A DNA stretch of 64,000 bases from an uncultured Chloroflexia bacterium (lineage in GTDB: Bacteria > Chloroflexota > Limnocylindria > Limnocylindrales > CSP1-4): contig CAWEZH010000002.1 in assembly GCA_963813535.1 (NCBI GenBank), positions 544,001 to 608,000 of the forward strand, in the 5' to 3' direction. Numbering within the stretch: the first letter of the stretch is position 1; every line of letters starts with the position of its first letter. Below are positions 51,848 to 60,506 of this stretch, piece after piece. Under the pieces are notes generated by a model. The model searched no databases. It was not told where the DNA came from and saw only the letters and a program-made list of their open reading frames with translations. The position numbers were made by a program, and so were the translations under genes.

Positions 51848-52294
51848 ATGCAATTCAAGACCACGCTGGAGTCGGCTGGCAAGACGGCCACGGGATTTCG
51901 CGTCCCGCCCGACGTCGTCGCCTCGCTCGGCAAGGGCAGGCGCCCACCCGTCGTCGTGACGATCAACGGCTACTCGTATCGCAACACGGTGGCGGTGTAC
52001 GGTGACGAATACCTCATCGGGGTGGCCGCCGAGCACCGAGCGGGGGCCGGCGTGAACGCCGGCGACGAGCTGGACGTCGACCTCGAGCTCGACACGGCAC
52101 CGCGCGAGGTCGACGTGCCCGAGGACTTCGCCGCAGCCCTCCAGGCAGCGCCCGACGCACAGCGGTTCTTCGAGTCGCTGTCCTACAGCAACAAGCGCCG
52201 GATCACGCTGTCGATCGAGGACGCCAAGGCCCCCGAGACGCGCCAGCGCCGGATCGCCACATCGGTCGAGCGCCTCAGCGCCGGCCGAACCTGA
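51848..52294 (+). CDS. DUF1905 + YdeI/OmpD-associated domain protein
   Basis: PVVVTING, VPEDFAAAL, AKAPETRQRRI. Confidence 0.85.
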   Translation: MQFKTTLESAGKTATGFRVPPDVVASLGKGRRPPVVVTINGYSYRNTVAVYGDEYLIGVAAEHRAGAGVNAGDELDVDLELDTAPREVDVPEDFAAALQAAPDAQRFFESLSYSNKRRITLSIEDAKAPETRQRRIATSVERLSAGRT

Positions 52295-52332
52295 CCCCGA
52301 GCCCGGCGCCGCGATGGCGGCCGCGCCGTCGA

Positions 52333-52710
52333 TCAGGCCGGCTGGTTTCGCATCACCCACGACTCCCTGGCGAGCAGGAGCGCGACGAGCAGGATCAGGA
52401 AGCCATTGACCGGGTGCAGCGCAGCGATCGATGGATTCGATGTCCGCATGGCGACGAACATTGACTGCAGGATGACGAGCACGAACAGGACGATCGCCAT
52501 GATCGCCGCACGCCGACCCATCCGTCCGACGAGGCCAAGCACCAGGAGCACGATCGGTAGCAGACCGAGCGTGTAGCCGAGGTCGCGATGCGGGGCGAAG
52601 CCAGTCGTTGGGTCGAAGACCCCGCGTCCCGCCAGCCACACCTGGACGACGAGGCCGACGACGACCAGCCAGGCCACGACGGCATGCAGTGTTCGCGCGA
52701 CGGACCGCAT
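52333..52710 (-). CDS. Small 4-TM membrane protein (DUF6220-like)
   Basis: VQVWLAG, H...G, ALHPVNG. Confidence 0.65.
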   Translation of the reverse strand: MRSVARTLHAVVAWLVVVGLVVQVWLAGRGVFDPTTGFAPHRDLGYTLGLLPIVLLVLGLVGRMGRRAAIMAIVLFVLVILQSMFVAMRTSNPSIAALHPVNGFLILLVALLLARESWVMRNQPA

Positions 52711-52744
52711 CAGCGCCCTCCCTCCGGATCCCTCGAGCGACAGG

Positions 52745-53423
52745 TTAGGGCTTGGGCGTACGCAGGAGAAGGTGCCAGTACGCCCAACCATCCTCCTGGT
52801 CCCGTGCCTCGTCGATCAGCGTGAGACCTTCGTCGGCCACCCACGCGAGCACCCGGTCGCGGCCCGGGTAGTAGTGGTAGCCGGCGACGTCGCCTTCGAT
52901 CACCTCGCCACGCACGGCCGGCAGGCCTCGCTCCGTGTTGGAGCGCCACGCCTCCTCGATCTCGGCGTCGTCGATCTCCTCGACCGTCACGTAGAGGTGG
53001 CCACCCGGCCGAACGGCGCGCCGCAGGACGCGGAGCACGATGGGCCAGTCCTCGGGCGGGATGTTCTCCATCGCGTCGACGGTCATCGCCGCGTCGAAGT
53101 CGGCGTCGAACGTCATCTCCTGGAGCCCGACCCGATCGAGTCGCTCGGCCAGTCCCTTCCGTCGCGCCTGCTCGAGCATGCCGGCTGACTGGTCGATGCC
53201 GACGACCCGCCGACCGGCTTCGCGGATGCGCGCGAAGTACTGCCCGGTGCCGCACGGCGCGTCGAGCACGAGGCCGTCCTCCGGGCACGTCGCCGTCAGT
53301 CGATCCACGAATGCCCCGTGCGATGTGGTCGCGTACGGCTGGGCGTCGTACTCCGGCGCTTCGGCGTCGTACTGCGCCGTCACCGCCGTCCCGCCGCTCT
53401 CTGAGCCACGCGGTCCGGTCCAT
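52745..53423 (-). pseudogene. Class I SAM methyltransferase with a probable 1-nt frameshift near the 5' end
   Basis: VLDAPCGTG, GIDQSAGML, VRPGG; the likely start MDRTAWLRERR (ATG 53423) is out of frame with the body by one G near 53390. Confidence 0.65.
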
Positions 53424-53451
53424 GAGCGGAGCATACCGATAGGCTGTCGTG

Positions 53452-53982
53452 GTGGAGCTCGTGCCGTACGCCGACGCCGACCAGTGGCTGACATACGCAC
53501 TGGAGACGGATGCGCGCGTGATGGCCGAGCTCGGCGGGCCATGGCCAGCCGACGCGATCCCCAGGATCCACGAACGGCGATTGGCGAGCATCGAACGGGG
53601 CACGTGGTGGTTCACGCTCGTGCCGTCGCGTGGAGCGACGCCGGTCGGCATGCTCGGGATCTTCGGGTCGGAGTTCCATGGCCAGGCGATCAGCGAGGTG
53701 GGCTGGTCGGTGCTATCCGAGCACCAGGGACATGGCTACGCGACTGCCGGCCTGGCGATCCTTCTCGACCGCGCGCTCGCCGATGGGCGCTGGGGCGCGA
53801 TCCACGCCTTCCCGGGAGCGACGAACGTCGCGTCCAACGCCCTGTGCCGCAAGTTCGGCTTCGAGCTGAAGGGGGAGGAGACGATCGATTACGGGGGACG
53901 GGCGCTCCGCTGCAACCACTGGGTCCTGGACCCATCCGAGGGCACCGCGATGGCCGATGCCGAGATGGCCACGCAACCCTAG
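53452..53982 (+). CDS. GNAT (RimJ/RimL-type) acetyltransferase
   Basis: EVGW...HQGHGYAT, NVASNALCRKFGF. Confidence 0.88.
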   Translation: MELVPYADADQWLTYALETDARVMAELGGPWPADAIPRIHERRLASIERGTWWFTLVPSRGATPVGMLGIFGSEFHGQAISEVGWSVLSEHQGHGYATAGLAILLDRALADGRWGAIHAFPGATNVASNALCRKFGFELKGEETIDYGGRALRCNHWVLDPSEGTAMADAEMATQP

Positions 53983-54057
53983 AGCGACCCCATTCGCACA
54001 GACATCGTCGTTCCGTGGCATCGTTGCGATAGCAACGACCTGCCAGGAGCACCGACG

Positions 54058-54498
54058 ATGACCGATGTCTCGAACTTCGAGGACCAGCTGATCTCCGAGA
54101 TGCGCGCCCATGGAGGCGAGGTGACGGCTGGGCCGCTCGCCGGCCATCCGCTGCTGATCATGACCCACACAGGGGCCCGCTCGGGCGCTGAGCGGCGCGC
54201 CATCCTGACCTACCACCGCGACGGCGATGACTACATCGTCGCGGCCACGGCCGGCGGTTCGCGGACCGATCCTGCGTGGCTCCACAACCTGGAAGCCGAT
54301 CCCGACGTCAACGTCGAGGTCGGGAACCGCCGCTTCGACGCGACCACGTCCATCGTCGAGGGCGCGGATCGCGACCGCCTGTGGGACGACCACGTCCGGG
54401 CCCTGCCGTGGTTCGCCGACTACCCCGCCCAGACCGGTCGGGTGATCCCGATCGTGCGCATCACGCCGTCCGAGACCCGCACCGCCGACCGGGGTTGA
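54058..54498 (+). CDS. Deazaflavin-dependent nitroreductase (Ddn-like)
   Basis: THTGARSG..R, GG...PAWLHNL, YPAQTGRVIPIV. Confidence 0.88.
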   Translation: MTDVSNFEDQLISEMRAHGGEVTAGPLAGHPLLIMTHTGARSGAERRAILTYHRDGDDYIVAATAGGSRTDPAWLHNLEADPDVNVEVGNRRFDATTSIVEGADRDRLWDDHVRALPWFADYPAQTGRVIPIVRITPSETRTADRG

Positions 54499-54526
54499 CA
54501 AGGCTACTCTATAACCATATGGTTAT
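54495..54526 (+). promoter_or_regulatory. Promoter TTGACA-N17-TATGGT with perfect 16-bp palindromic operator ATAACCATATGGTTAT (54511-54526)
   Basis: Read directly; precedes an ArsR-family gene. Confidence 0.85.
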
Positions 54527-54532
54527 GGAGCG

Positions 54533-54874
54533 ATGCCAGAACAGCTCGACGCCATCTTCGGTGCCCTCGCCGACCCGACCCGGCGCGCGATCCTCGCGCG
54601 GCTGGCGGAGGGCGACGCGAGCGTCTACGAGCTGACGGCACCGTTCGACGTTTCCCAACCGGCCATCTCGAAGCACCTCAAGGTGCTCGAGTCTGCCGGA
54701 CTCATCTCGCGGACCCGCAGGGCCACAGCGCGGCTCAGCCATCTGGAGGCGGATCCCCTCCGGGAGGCGACCGAGTGGCTCGTCGACTATCGCGAGTACT
54801 GGGAAGAGAGCCATGCACGTCTGGACGCGCTGCTTGCTGCGCTCCAGGTCGACCATCAGGAAAGGAACCCATGA
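54533..54874 (+). CDS. ArsR/SmtB family transcriptional regulator
   Basis: FGALADPTRRAIL, SQPAISKHLKVLE.AGLI. Confidence 0.92.
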   Translation: MPEQLDAIFGALADPTRRAILARLAEGDASVYELTAPFDVSQPAISKHLKVLESAGLISRTRRATARLSHLEADPLREATEWLVDYREYWEESHARLDALLAALQVDHQERNP

Positions 54875-55359
54875 TGTCCAAGACGCAGATCGATGCCCCG
54901 GCCGGCGTCCCCTTCCTCGACATCACCCGCGAGTTCGACGCCCCGCGCGACCTCGTGTTCAAGGCCTACACCGAGCCGGACCTGCTGGTCCAGTGGCTCG
55001 GCCCGCGCAAGTACACGATGACGATCGACGAGTACGAACCTCGCGATGGCGGACGGTGGCGCTACGTCCACTCGGACGACGACGGTAACGCGTGGGGTTT
55101 CCACGGCGTCTTCCACGGCGACCAGACGCCCGATGGCATGCTCCAGACCTTCGAGTTCGAAGGCGCGCCCGGTCACGTCTCGCTGGAGAAGCTCGTCCTC
55201 GAGGAGCGTGACGGGAAGACGATGGTGCGCAATCACGCCGTGTACCAGTCGATCGAGGCACGCGACGCCATGGTCGAGAGCGGCATGGAGGAGGGCATGA
55301 ACGACGGCTTCGATCGCCTCGACGACCTCCTGGCACGGCTCGCGACACCGGTCGCCTGA
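54871..55359 (+). CDS. SRPBCC/AHSA1 domain protein
   Basis: ITREFDAPRDLVF, WLGP, GGRWRY, SGMEEG. Confidence 0.9.
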   Translation: MMSKTQIDAPAGVPFLDITREFDAPRDLVFKAYTEPDLLVQWLGPRKYTMTIDEYEPRDGGRWRYVHSDDDGNAWGFHGVFHGDQTPDGMLQTFEFEGAPGHVSLEKLVLEERDGKTMVRNHAVYQSIEARDAMVESGMEEGMNDGFDRLDDLLARLATPVA

Positions 55360-55360
55360 C

Positions 55361-55756
55361 GTGGACTTCAAGCTCGAGCTCGTCCCGATCCCGGTGGCCG
55401 ACGTCGACCGGGCCAAGACCTTCTACAGCGACACGGTCGGCTTCGTCGTCGATGTCGACCACCAGCCGTCCGAGGAGTTCCGGATCGTCCAGCTGACGCC
55501 ACCCGGCTCCGGCTGCTCGATCATGGTCGGAAAGGGGGCCATCAAGACGACCCCTGGCTCCGTCCAGGGTCTGCAGCTCGTCGTGGAGGACATCGAGGCC
55601 GCCCACGCCGAGCTCGTCGCTCGCGGCCTCGACATCAGCCCGATCCGCCATTTCGAGGACGGCACGTGGATCGACGGCAAGGGCGGACGCTGGAATTCGT
55701 TCGCCTTCTTCGACGATCCCGATGGCAACGGATGGGCGCTACAGGAGCGTGGGTGA
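55361..55756 (+). CDS. VOC/glyoxalase family protein
   Basis: PVADVDRAKTFY, VQLTPPGS, DPDGNGWALQE. Confidence 0.9.
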   Translation: MDFKLELVPIPVADVDRAKTFYSDTVGFVVDVDHQPSEEFRIVQLTPPGSGCSIMVGKGAIKTTPGSVQGLQLVVEDIEAAHAELVARGLDISPIRHFEDGTWIDGKGGRWNSFAFFDDPDGNGWALQERG

Positions 55757-56277
55757 TGACCGACCGACAACCCGTCGAGACGAAGAACCTGGATATCTAC
55801 GGCGACGCCGCGCTGCCCTGGAGCCGGCCACGCGGCGTGCTCGATGCGATCGACCCATCGGCGCACATCACCTGGTTCCTGGGGACGACGGGGGCCGATG
55901 GGCGACCGCACGCGGCCGGTGTGGGCGCGCTCTGGCACGATGGCGGCCTCTATTTCACGAGTGGCGACGGGACGCGGAAGTCCAGGCTTCTCGCCGAGAA
56001 CCCGCTCGCGTCCATCTCGGTCTCGCTCGAGGGCATCGACCTGGTCTTCGAAGGCACGGTGCAGCGCGTGACGGATCGCCCGACGCTGGATGCGGTCGTG
56101 AAGCGCTACAACGACGGCGGCTGGCCCGCGTCGGTCGAAGGCGAGGCCTTTACCGCGCCGTTCAGCGCCCCGAGCGCGGGACCACCGCCATGGCGGCTGT
56201 ACCGCCTGACGTTCGACAAGGTGATCGGCGTCGCCTCCGGTGAGCCGAACGGCGCCACGACCTGGCGATTCGCCTAG
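55756..56277 (+). CDS. Pyridoxamine 5'-phosphate oxidase-like (split barrel) protein
   Basis: WFLGT...DGRPH, TRKSR..ENP, FEG. Confidence 0.8.
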   Translation: MTDRQPVETKNLDIYGDAALPWSRPRGVLDAIDPSAHITWFLGTTGADGRPHAAGVGALWHDGGLYFTSGDGTRKSRLLAENPLASISVSLEGIDLVFEGTVQRVTDRPTLDAVVKRYNDGGWPASVEGEAFTAPFSAPSAGPPPWRLYRLTFDKVIGVASGEPNGATTWRFA

Positions 56278-56836
56278 GACGACGACCATCACCGAACCCA
56301 CCATCCGCCGCGTCCGGACCGAGGACCTGCGCCCACCGGAGATCTCGAGACTTCGGGAGCTCCTGTGGGCCGCGTTCCCTCCGGGGGACGAGGGGTTCAC
56401 CGAGGATGACTGGCACCATGCCATCGGCGGCATCCACGTCGTCCTGGAGCACGCGGGTCAGGTCCTGGCGCACGCATCTGTCGTCGAGCGGACGATCCAC
56501 GTCGGGGACCGACCGTTGCGCACCGGCTACGTCGAGGCCGTCGCCGCGGCACCTGAACGGCAGCGCCACGGCTTTGGCACGATGGTGATGGCGGAGGTCG
56601 GCGCGATCATCCGCGATGGATACGAGCTCGGAGCGCTGGGGACCGGCGTGCATCCCTTCTACGAGCGGCTGGGCTGGGTCACGTGGCGCGGACCCACCGC
56701 CCTCCAGACTGCCGACGGCATCCGTCGGACACCCGACGAGGACGGTTTCATCATGGTCCTGCCGACTCCGACGTCGCCGGCACTCGATCTGGACGCGCCG
56801 ATCAGCTGTGACTGGCGACCTGGCGACGTCTGGTAG
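56240..56836 (+). CDS. AAC(2')-I-like GNAT acetyltransferase (start uncertain)
   Basis: DWHHAIGGIH, HASVVER, GYVEAVA, GALG, CDWRPGDVW. Confidence 0.8.
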   Translation: MSRTAPRPGDSPRTTTITEPTIRRVRTEDLRPPEISRLRELLWAAFPPGDEGFTEDDWHHAIGGIHVVLEHAGQVLAHASVVERTIHVGDRPLRTGYVEAVAAAPERQRHGFGTMVMAEVGAIIRDGYELGALGTGVHPFYERLGWVTWRGPTALQTADGIRRTPDEDGFIMVLPTPTSPALDLDAPISCDWRPGDVW

Positions 56837-56874
56837 GACCGACGCCGTGACACCGGCGGCGTAGGCTGCAAGAC

Positions 56875-57264
56875 ATGTTCGAGTCGCTCGACTACGTCTA
56901 CATGCCCAGTCGCGACGTCCCGGCCGACATGGCGTATTTCGCCGATGTCCTTGGTGGCCGCATCGTCTTTGCGATCGACGGGATGGGCGCCCGGGTGGCG
57001 ATGATCGACCTGACCGACGGACCGCCGCGCATCCTGCTGGCGGACCACCTCGAGGGCGACCGGCCGGTCCTCGTCTATCGGGTCGCCGACCTCGAAGCGG
57101 CCGCCGATGAGCTGCGCTCGCGTGGATGGGACGAGGGTCACGGTCTCGAGATCCCGCAGGGCCCCGTTCGGTCCTTCGCGGGACCCGGTGGCCACCGCCT
57201 GGCGATCTACGAGCGGTCGAGACCCGGTGTCGAGGGCAGCTTCGAGGGCCGTCGCGACTTCTAG
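56875..57264 (+). CDS. VOC family protein
   Basis: YRVADL, EIPQGP, PGGHRLAIYE. Confidence 0.75.
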   Translation: MFESLDYVYMPSRDVPADMAYFADVLGGRIVFAIDGMGARVAMIDLTDGPPRILLADHLEGDRPVLVYRVADLEAAADELRSRGWDEGHGLEIPQGPVRSFAGPGGHRLAIYERSRPGVEGSFEGRRDF

Positions 57265-57265
57265 G

Positions 57266-58429
57266 TCAGGCGTCCCAGGCGACAGGTAGCGTCCGGGGCT
57301 TCCGGAACACGACGCCGGTCGGTGGCGTCGCGCCAACTTCCAGATGCAGGTCCGGCCAGCGATCCAGGGCCGCCTCGAGTGCCGACTGCGTCTCCAGCCG
57401 TGCGAGATGCAGTCCGACGCAGGCGTGCGGACCCTGCGCGAAGGCGAGATGCGACCGGGCGTTCCAGCGCCGGACATCGAACCGGTCCGGGTCCGGGTAC
57501 GTGGCCGGATCGCGGTTGGCCGCCGTCAGCGACACGATGACGAGGTCGCCACGCCGGATCGTCGCTCCACCGATCTCGACGTCGCTGGTCGCATACCGGT
57601 CCACGCGCCCGGCGGCCGGCTCGAGCCGAAGCGATTCCTCGACCGCGGTGGCCGCCAGGGACCGGTCGGCCAGCACGGCCGGGAGGGCCCCGTCGGTCGT
57701 CAGCAGGTGCCAGAACAGGGAGGTCGTCATGCCTTCGCTGGTCTCGATGCCGCCGAACATCATCACCGCGGTGTTCGAGACGATCTCGCGTCGGGCCAGC
57801 GTGGCGGTGGCATCCGCAAGCACTCCTTCTCCATGGTCGATCGTCCCGCCGACGTGCCGGTCGAGGGCGGCGACGGCCTCGGGCGCCCGGTCACCGATCT
57901 CGCCACCTGCCGATACCCGGTCGACAGCTGCGACGATCTCGTCGTACCAGCCAAGCACGACCCCGGGCTCGACGTCGAGGAGGTCCAGCGCGGCCGCCAC
58001 GACACGTACGGCCAATGGGCCGGCGACATCGCGGCGGATCTCCGCTCGACCGCTGGGTCGAAGGTCGTTGACGAGCGCAAGCGCCTCCTCGCGGACTCGA
58101 TCGCCAAATCGTTCCATCACTTGCGGACGGCGGAACGCTGCGGCGAACGGGTCGCGGTGGCGGCGATGCTCATCGCCGTCCAGCGAGAGCATGCTCGGGC
58201 CGACCACCTGCGCGGTCGAGAAGCGTGGATCGTCGACGGTGAACCGCGCCGCGTCGCGCATCACCTCGATGCACAGGTCTCGGCGCGTCACCAACCATCC
58301 GTCGAGGACGGGTATCCAGGCGACAGGCTCGCGCTCGCGGAGCATTGCGAGGGTCGGATAGGGGTCCGCGTCGAGCTCTGCGAGCGTGATCGCCGCGCCG
58401 AGGCCGCCACGTTCACCGATCGTCGCCAT
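57266..58429 (-). CDS. Cytochrome P450
   Basis: GGIETS (I helix), EESLR (ExxR), FAQGPHACVG heme motif. Confidence 0.95.
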   Translation of the reverse strand: MATIGERGGLGAAITLAELDADPYPTLAMLREREPVAWIPVLDGWLVTRRDLCIEVMRDAARFTVDDPRFSTAQVVGPSMLSLDGDEHRRHRDPFAAAFRRPQVMERFGDRVREEALALVNDLRPSGRAEIRRDVAGPLAVRVVAAALDLLDVEPGVVLGWYDEIVAAVDRVSAGGEIGDRAPEAVAALDRHVGGTIDHGEGVLADATATLARREIVSNTAVMMFGGIETSEGMTTSLFWHLLTTDGALPAVLADRSLAATAVEESLRLEPAAGRVDRYATSDVEIGGATIRRGDLVIVSLTAANRDPATYPDPDRFDVRRWNARSHLAFAQGPHACVGLHLARLETQSALEAALDRWPDLHLEVGATPPTGVVFRKPRTLPVAWDA

Positions 58430-58505
58430 CCCGGTCAATGTACGCCCGGGCACGATCGACCTGCAGTCGGGAACCGACATTGCAAAAGCGTCGTACCTTT
58501 GTGCG

Positions 58506-59222
58506 ATGAGATCGGTGCGTGCGCAACGGTTCGGCGCCCTGCTGCTGGCAGGCGTGCTCGCGCTGGCCATCGCTCCGACAGCGGCTGCCCGGTCGTCGTT
58601 CGACCTCGATCTCGGGCGCCGGGGCGATTACGTCGCCCAGACGAACCTCGTCCAATGCGTCGGGGCGAGCATGCAGATGATGCTCAACATGATGCAGTCC
58701 CGGAATGATCGGACCGCCACGACGCAGCTCCGTCTCCAACGACTTGCGCGCAGCTTGAGCGGACCCAACCGTCAGGGGCGCCAGCGGCAAGGCGCGAGCG
58801 TCCGCGGCTGGGCCGCCGGTCTCACGCTCCTCGGTGCGGGTCCGTACAAGGTCGTCGGGTCGGACACGATCGGCGAGGCACTCCTCACGGCGGCTCGAGC
58901 GATGCGCACGACGGGCAAGCCGGTCGGCCTGCTCGTGTGGCGTGGCCGGCACGCGTGGGTGATGAGCGGCTTCAGGGCCGACCGGGATCCGCTGGTGCGA
59001 GGCGCCAGGATCACGGCCGCCATCGTCGAGGATCCGCTCCACCCGTACGGCGGCTCGAGCGTCTGGGGACGCAGCCCGAGCCCCGGGAAGCTCCTGTCGG
59101 TCTCGGCCCTCGGCCGCCAGTTCGTTCGGCGCCGTCAGTCGTCGCAGAACCCGATCCTGTCGGGCAAGTATGTGATCGTGATGCCGTTCGACATCGATCA
59201 GCGGATGCTTCGGCTCCAGTAA
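58506..59222 (+). CDS. Secreted protein, possible C39-like cysteine peptidase
   Basis: Signal peptide; Q....C..AS, GRHAWV, EDP. Confidence 0.55.
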   Translation: MRSVRAQRFGALLLAGVLALAIAPTAAARSSFDLDLGRRGDYVAQTNLVQCVGASMQMMLNMMQSRNDRTATTQLRLQRLARSLSGPNRQGRQRQGASVRGWAAGLTLLGAGPYKVVGSDTIGEALLTAARAMRTTGKPVGLLVWRGRHAWVMSGFRADRDPLVRGARITAAIVEDPLHPYGGSSVWGRSPSPGKLLSVSALGRQFVRRRQSSQNPILSGKYVIVMPFDIDQRMLRLQ

Positions 59223-59224
59223 CG

Positions 59225-59473
59225 ATGGGGTTCCTGCGTCGGCTCCTGGGCGGCGGACCGCAGGACGCAGACCCGGCGCCGCCCTCCGTGACCGACACAG
59301 GAGCGGTCGACGCAGAGGAGCGGGCACGCGACCTCGAGCTCCTGCGCGACGAGCAGGCTCGACTCGATGAGCTGACGCGCCGCCAGTTGCGCTACGCCGA
59401 TCACGCCTGGCAGCCGCCTGCCCAGGGCGGCGAACGGCGTGCGGACGACGCCGACGACGGCGCCGGGGGCTAG
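59225..59473 (+). CDS. Hypothetical protein (MGFLRRLLGG amphipathic N-terminus)
   Basis: ORF fills the gap; typical codon pattern. Confidence 0.6.
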   Translation: MGFLRRLLGGGPQDADPAPPSVTDTGAVDAEERARDLELLRDEQARLDELTRRQLRYADHAWQPPAQGGERRADDADDGAGG

Positions 59474-59826
59474 ATCAGCCCGCTGCGACGGTCGATCCGC
59501 TGCAACAGCTCGTGGGCGGCGAGCTCGACCTCCTTATGGCGCCACTCCGCCGCGCGAAAGTGGCACGCGATGATGCCCGAGCGGTGGATGCGCCGGAAGT
59601 CCCCGAAGACGAACCCGTAGCGCGCCTTGGTCTCGTCCGTCGCTCCGACGGTCAGTCCGAGATGCCACTCTGCGTACTCGTCCCACGCATGGCGGGCGAG
59701 ATACGCGTTCTCGTCATCGGCGCTCGGCTGGGACTCGCCCCAATCGCTGTCGAGGACGTATTGACGGGCGTCGATCAGTCGTTCGGCCCGCGCGACCGCG
59801 CGGTCGTTCACCGTGTATCTCGCCAT
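59470..59826 (-). CDS. Hypothetical protein
   Basis: Compact globular-looking ORF (QYVLDSDW, WHLG, KARYGFVFGDFRR). Confidence 0.7.
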   Translation of the reverse strand: MARYTVNDRAVARAERLIDARQYVLDSDWGESQPSADDENAYLARHAWDEYAEWHLGLTVGATDETKARYGFVFGDFRRIHRSGIIACHFRAAEWRHKEVELAAHELLQRIDRRSGLI

Positions 59827-59867
59827 CGACGACGAGTATGACCGTCTCGTCCGGCTACCATCGCCAC

Positions 59868-60506
59868 GTGGAGATCCCGATCCTGCCCGAGTCGATCGCC
59901 GGGCTACCCGTGCCCCAGGACGATGTTTCGCGATCCACCTGGCGATGGGCGCACACGGCGCTGCCGCGCTACCTCCGCTCCCATTCGATCCGCTCGTATT
60001 GCTGGGGCGCCGCGATCGGGGCGTGGGAGGGCTGGACCGTCGACTCGCGGGTCCTGTGGTGCGCCGCCCTGTTCCACGACGTCGGGCTGACGCGCATCCC
60101 GCGCAACACGATGTGCTTCGAGGTGGAGGGTGCGGAACTGGCTCGAAGGTTCCTGGAGGGACGGGGGATGGATCCGGCGACTGCGGACCGGGCCGCGATC
60201 GCGATCATCCTCCACATGCAGCCGGGCGTGACGCTGGACGACGGCGTGGAAGCCGTCCTGCTCGACCGGGCAACGTCGCTCGATGTCCGCGGCGTCGACG
60301 TGGGGCTCGTCGATCGCGTCCGAGGTACGGTCATGCGCAAGTACCCGCGCGGGGCGTTCGATCGGCTCTTCGTGCGCGCCATCGGCCGGGAGGTCGACCT
60401 TCGTGGCGACTGCCAGAGCGCCCGACTCCTGCGCGATACCGACCTCGCCGGCTGGATGGCGCGGTCGCCATGGGCGAACGACGAACCCGAGGCGGCCAGC
60501 TCATGA
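59868..60506 (+). CDS. HD domain protein (cyanamide hydratase-like)
   Basis: HSIRSY, ALFHDVGL, FEVEGA, AIILH. Confidence 0.8.
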   Translation: MEIPILPESIAGLPVPQDDVSRSTWRWAHTALPRYLRSHSIRSYCWGAAIGAWEGWTVDSRVLWCAALFHDVGLTRIPRNTMCFEVEGAELARRFLEGRGMDPATADRAAIAIILHMQPGVTLDDGVEAVLLDRATSLDVRGVDVGLVDRVRGTVMRKYPRGAFDRLFVRAIGREVDLRGDCQSARLLRDTDLAGWMARSPWANDEPEAASS

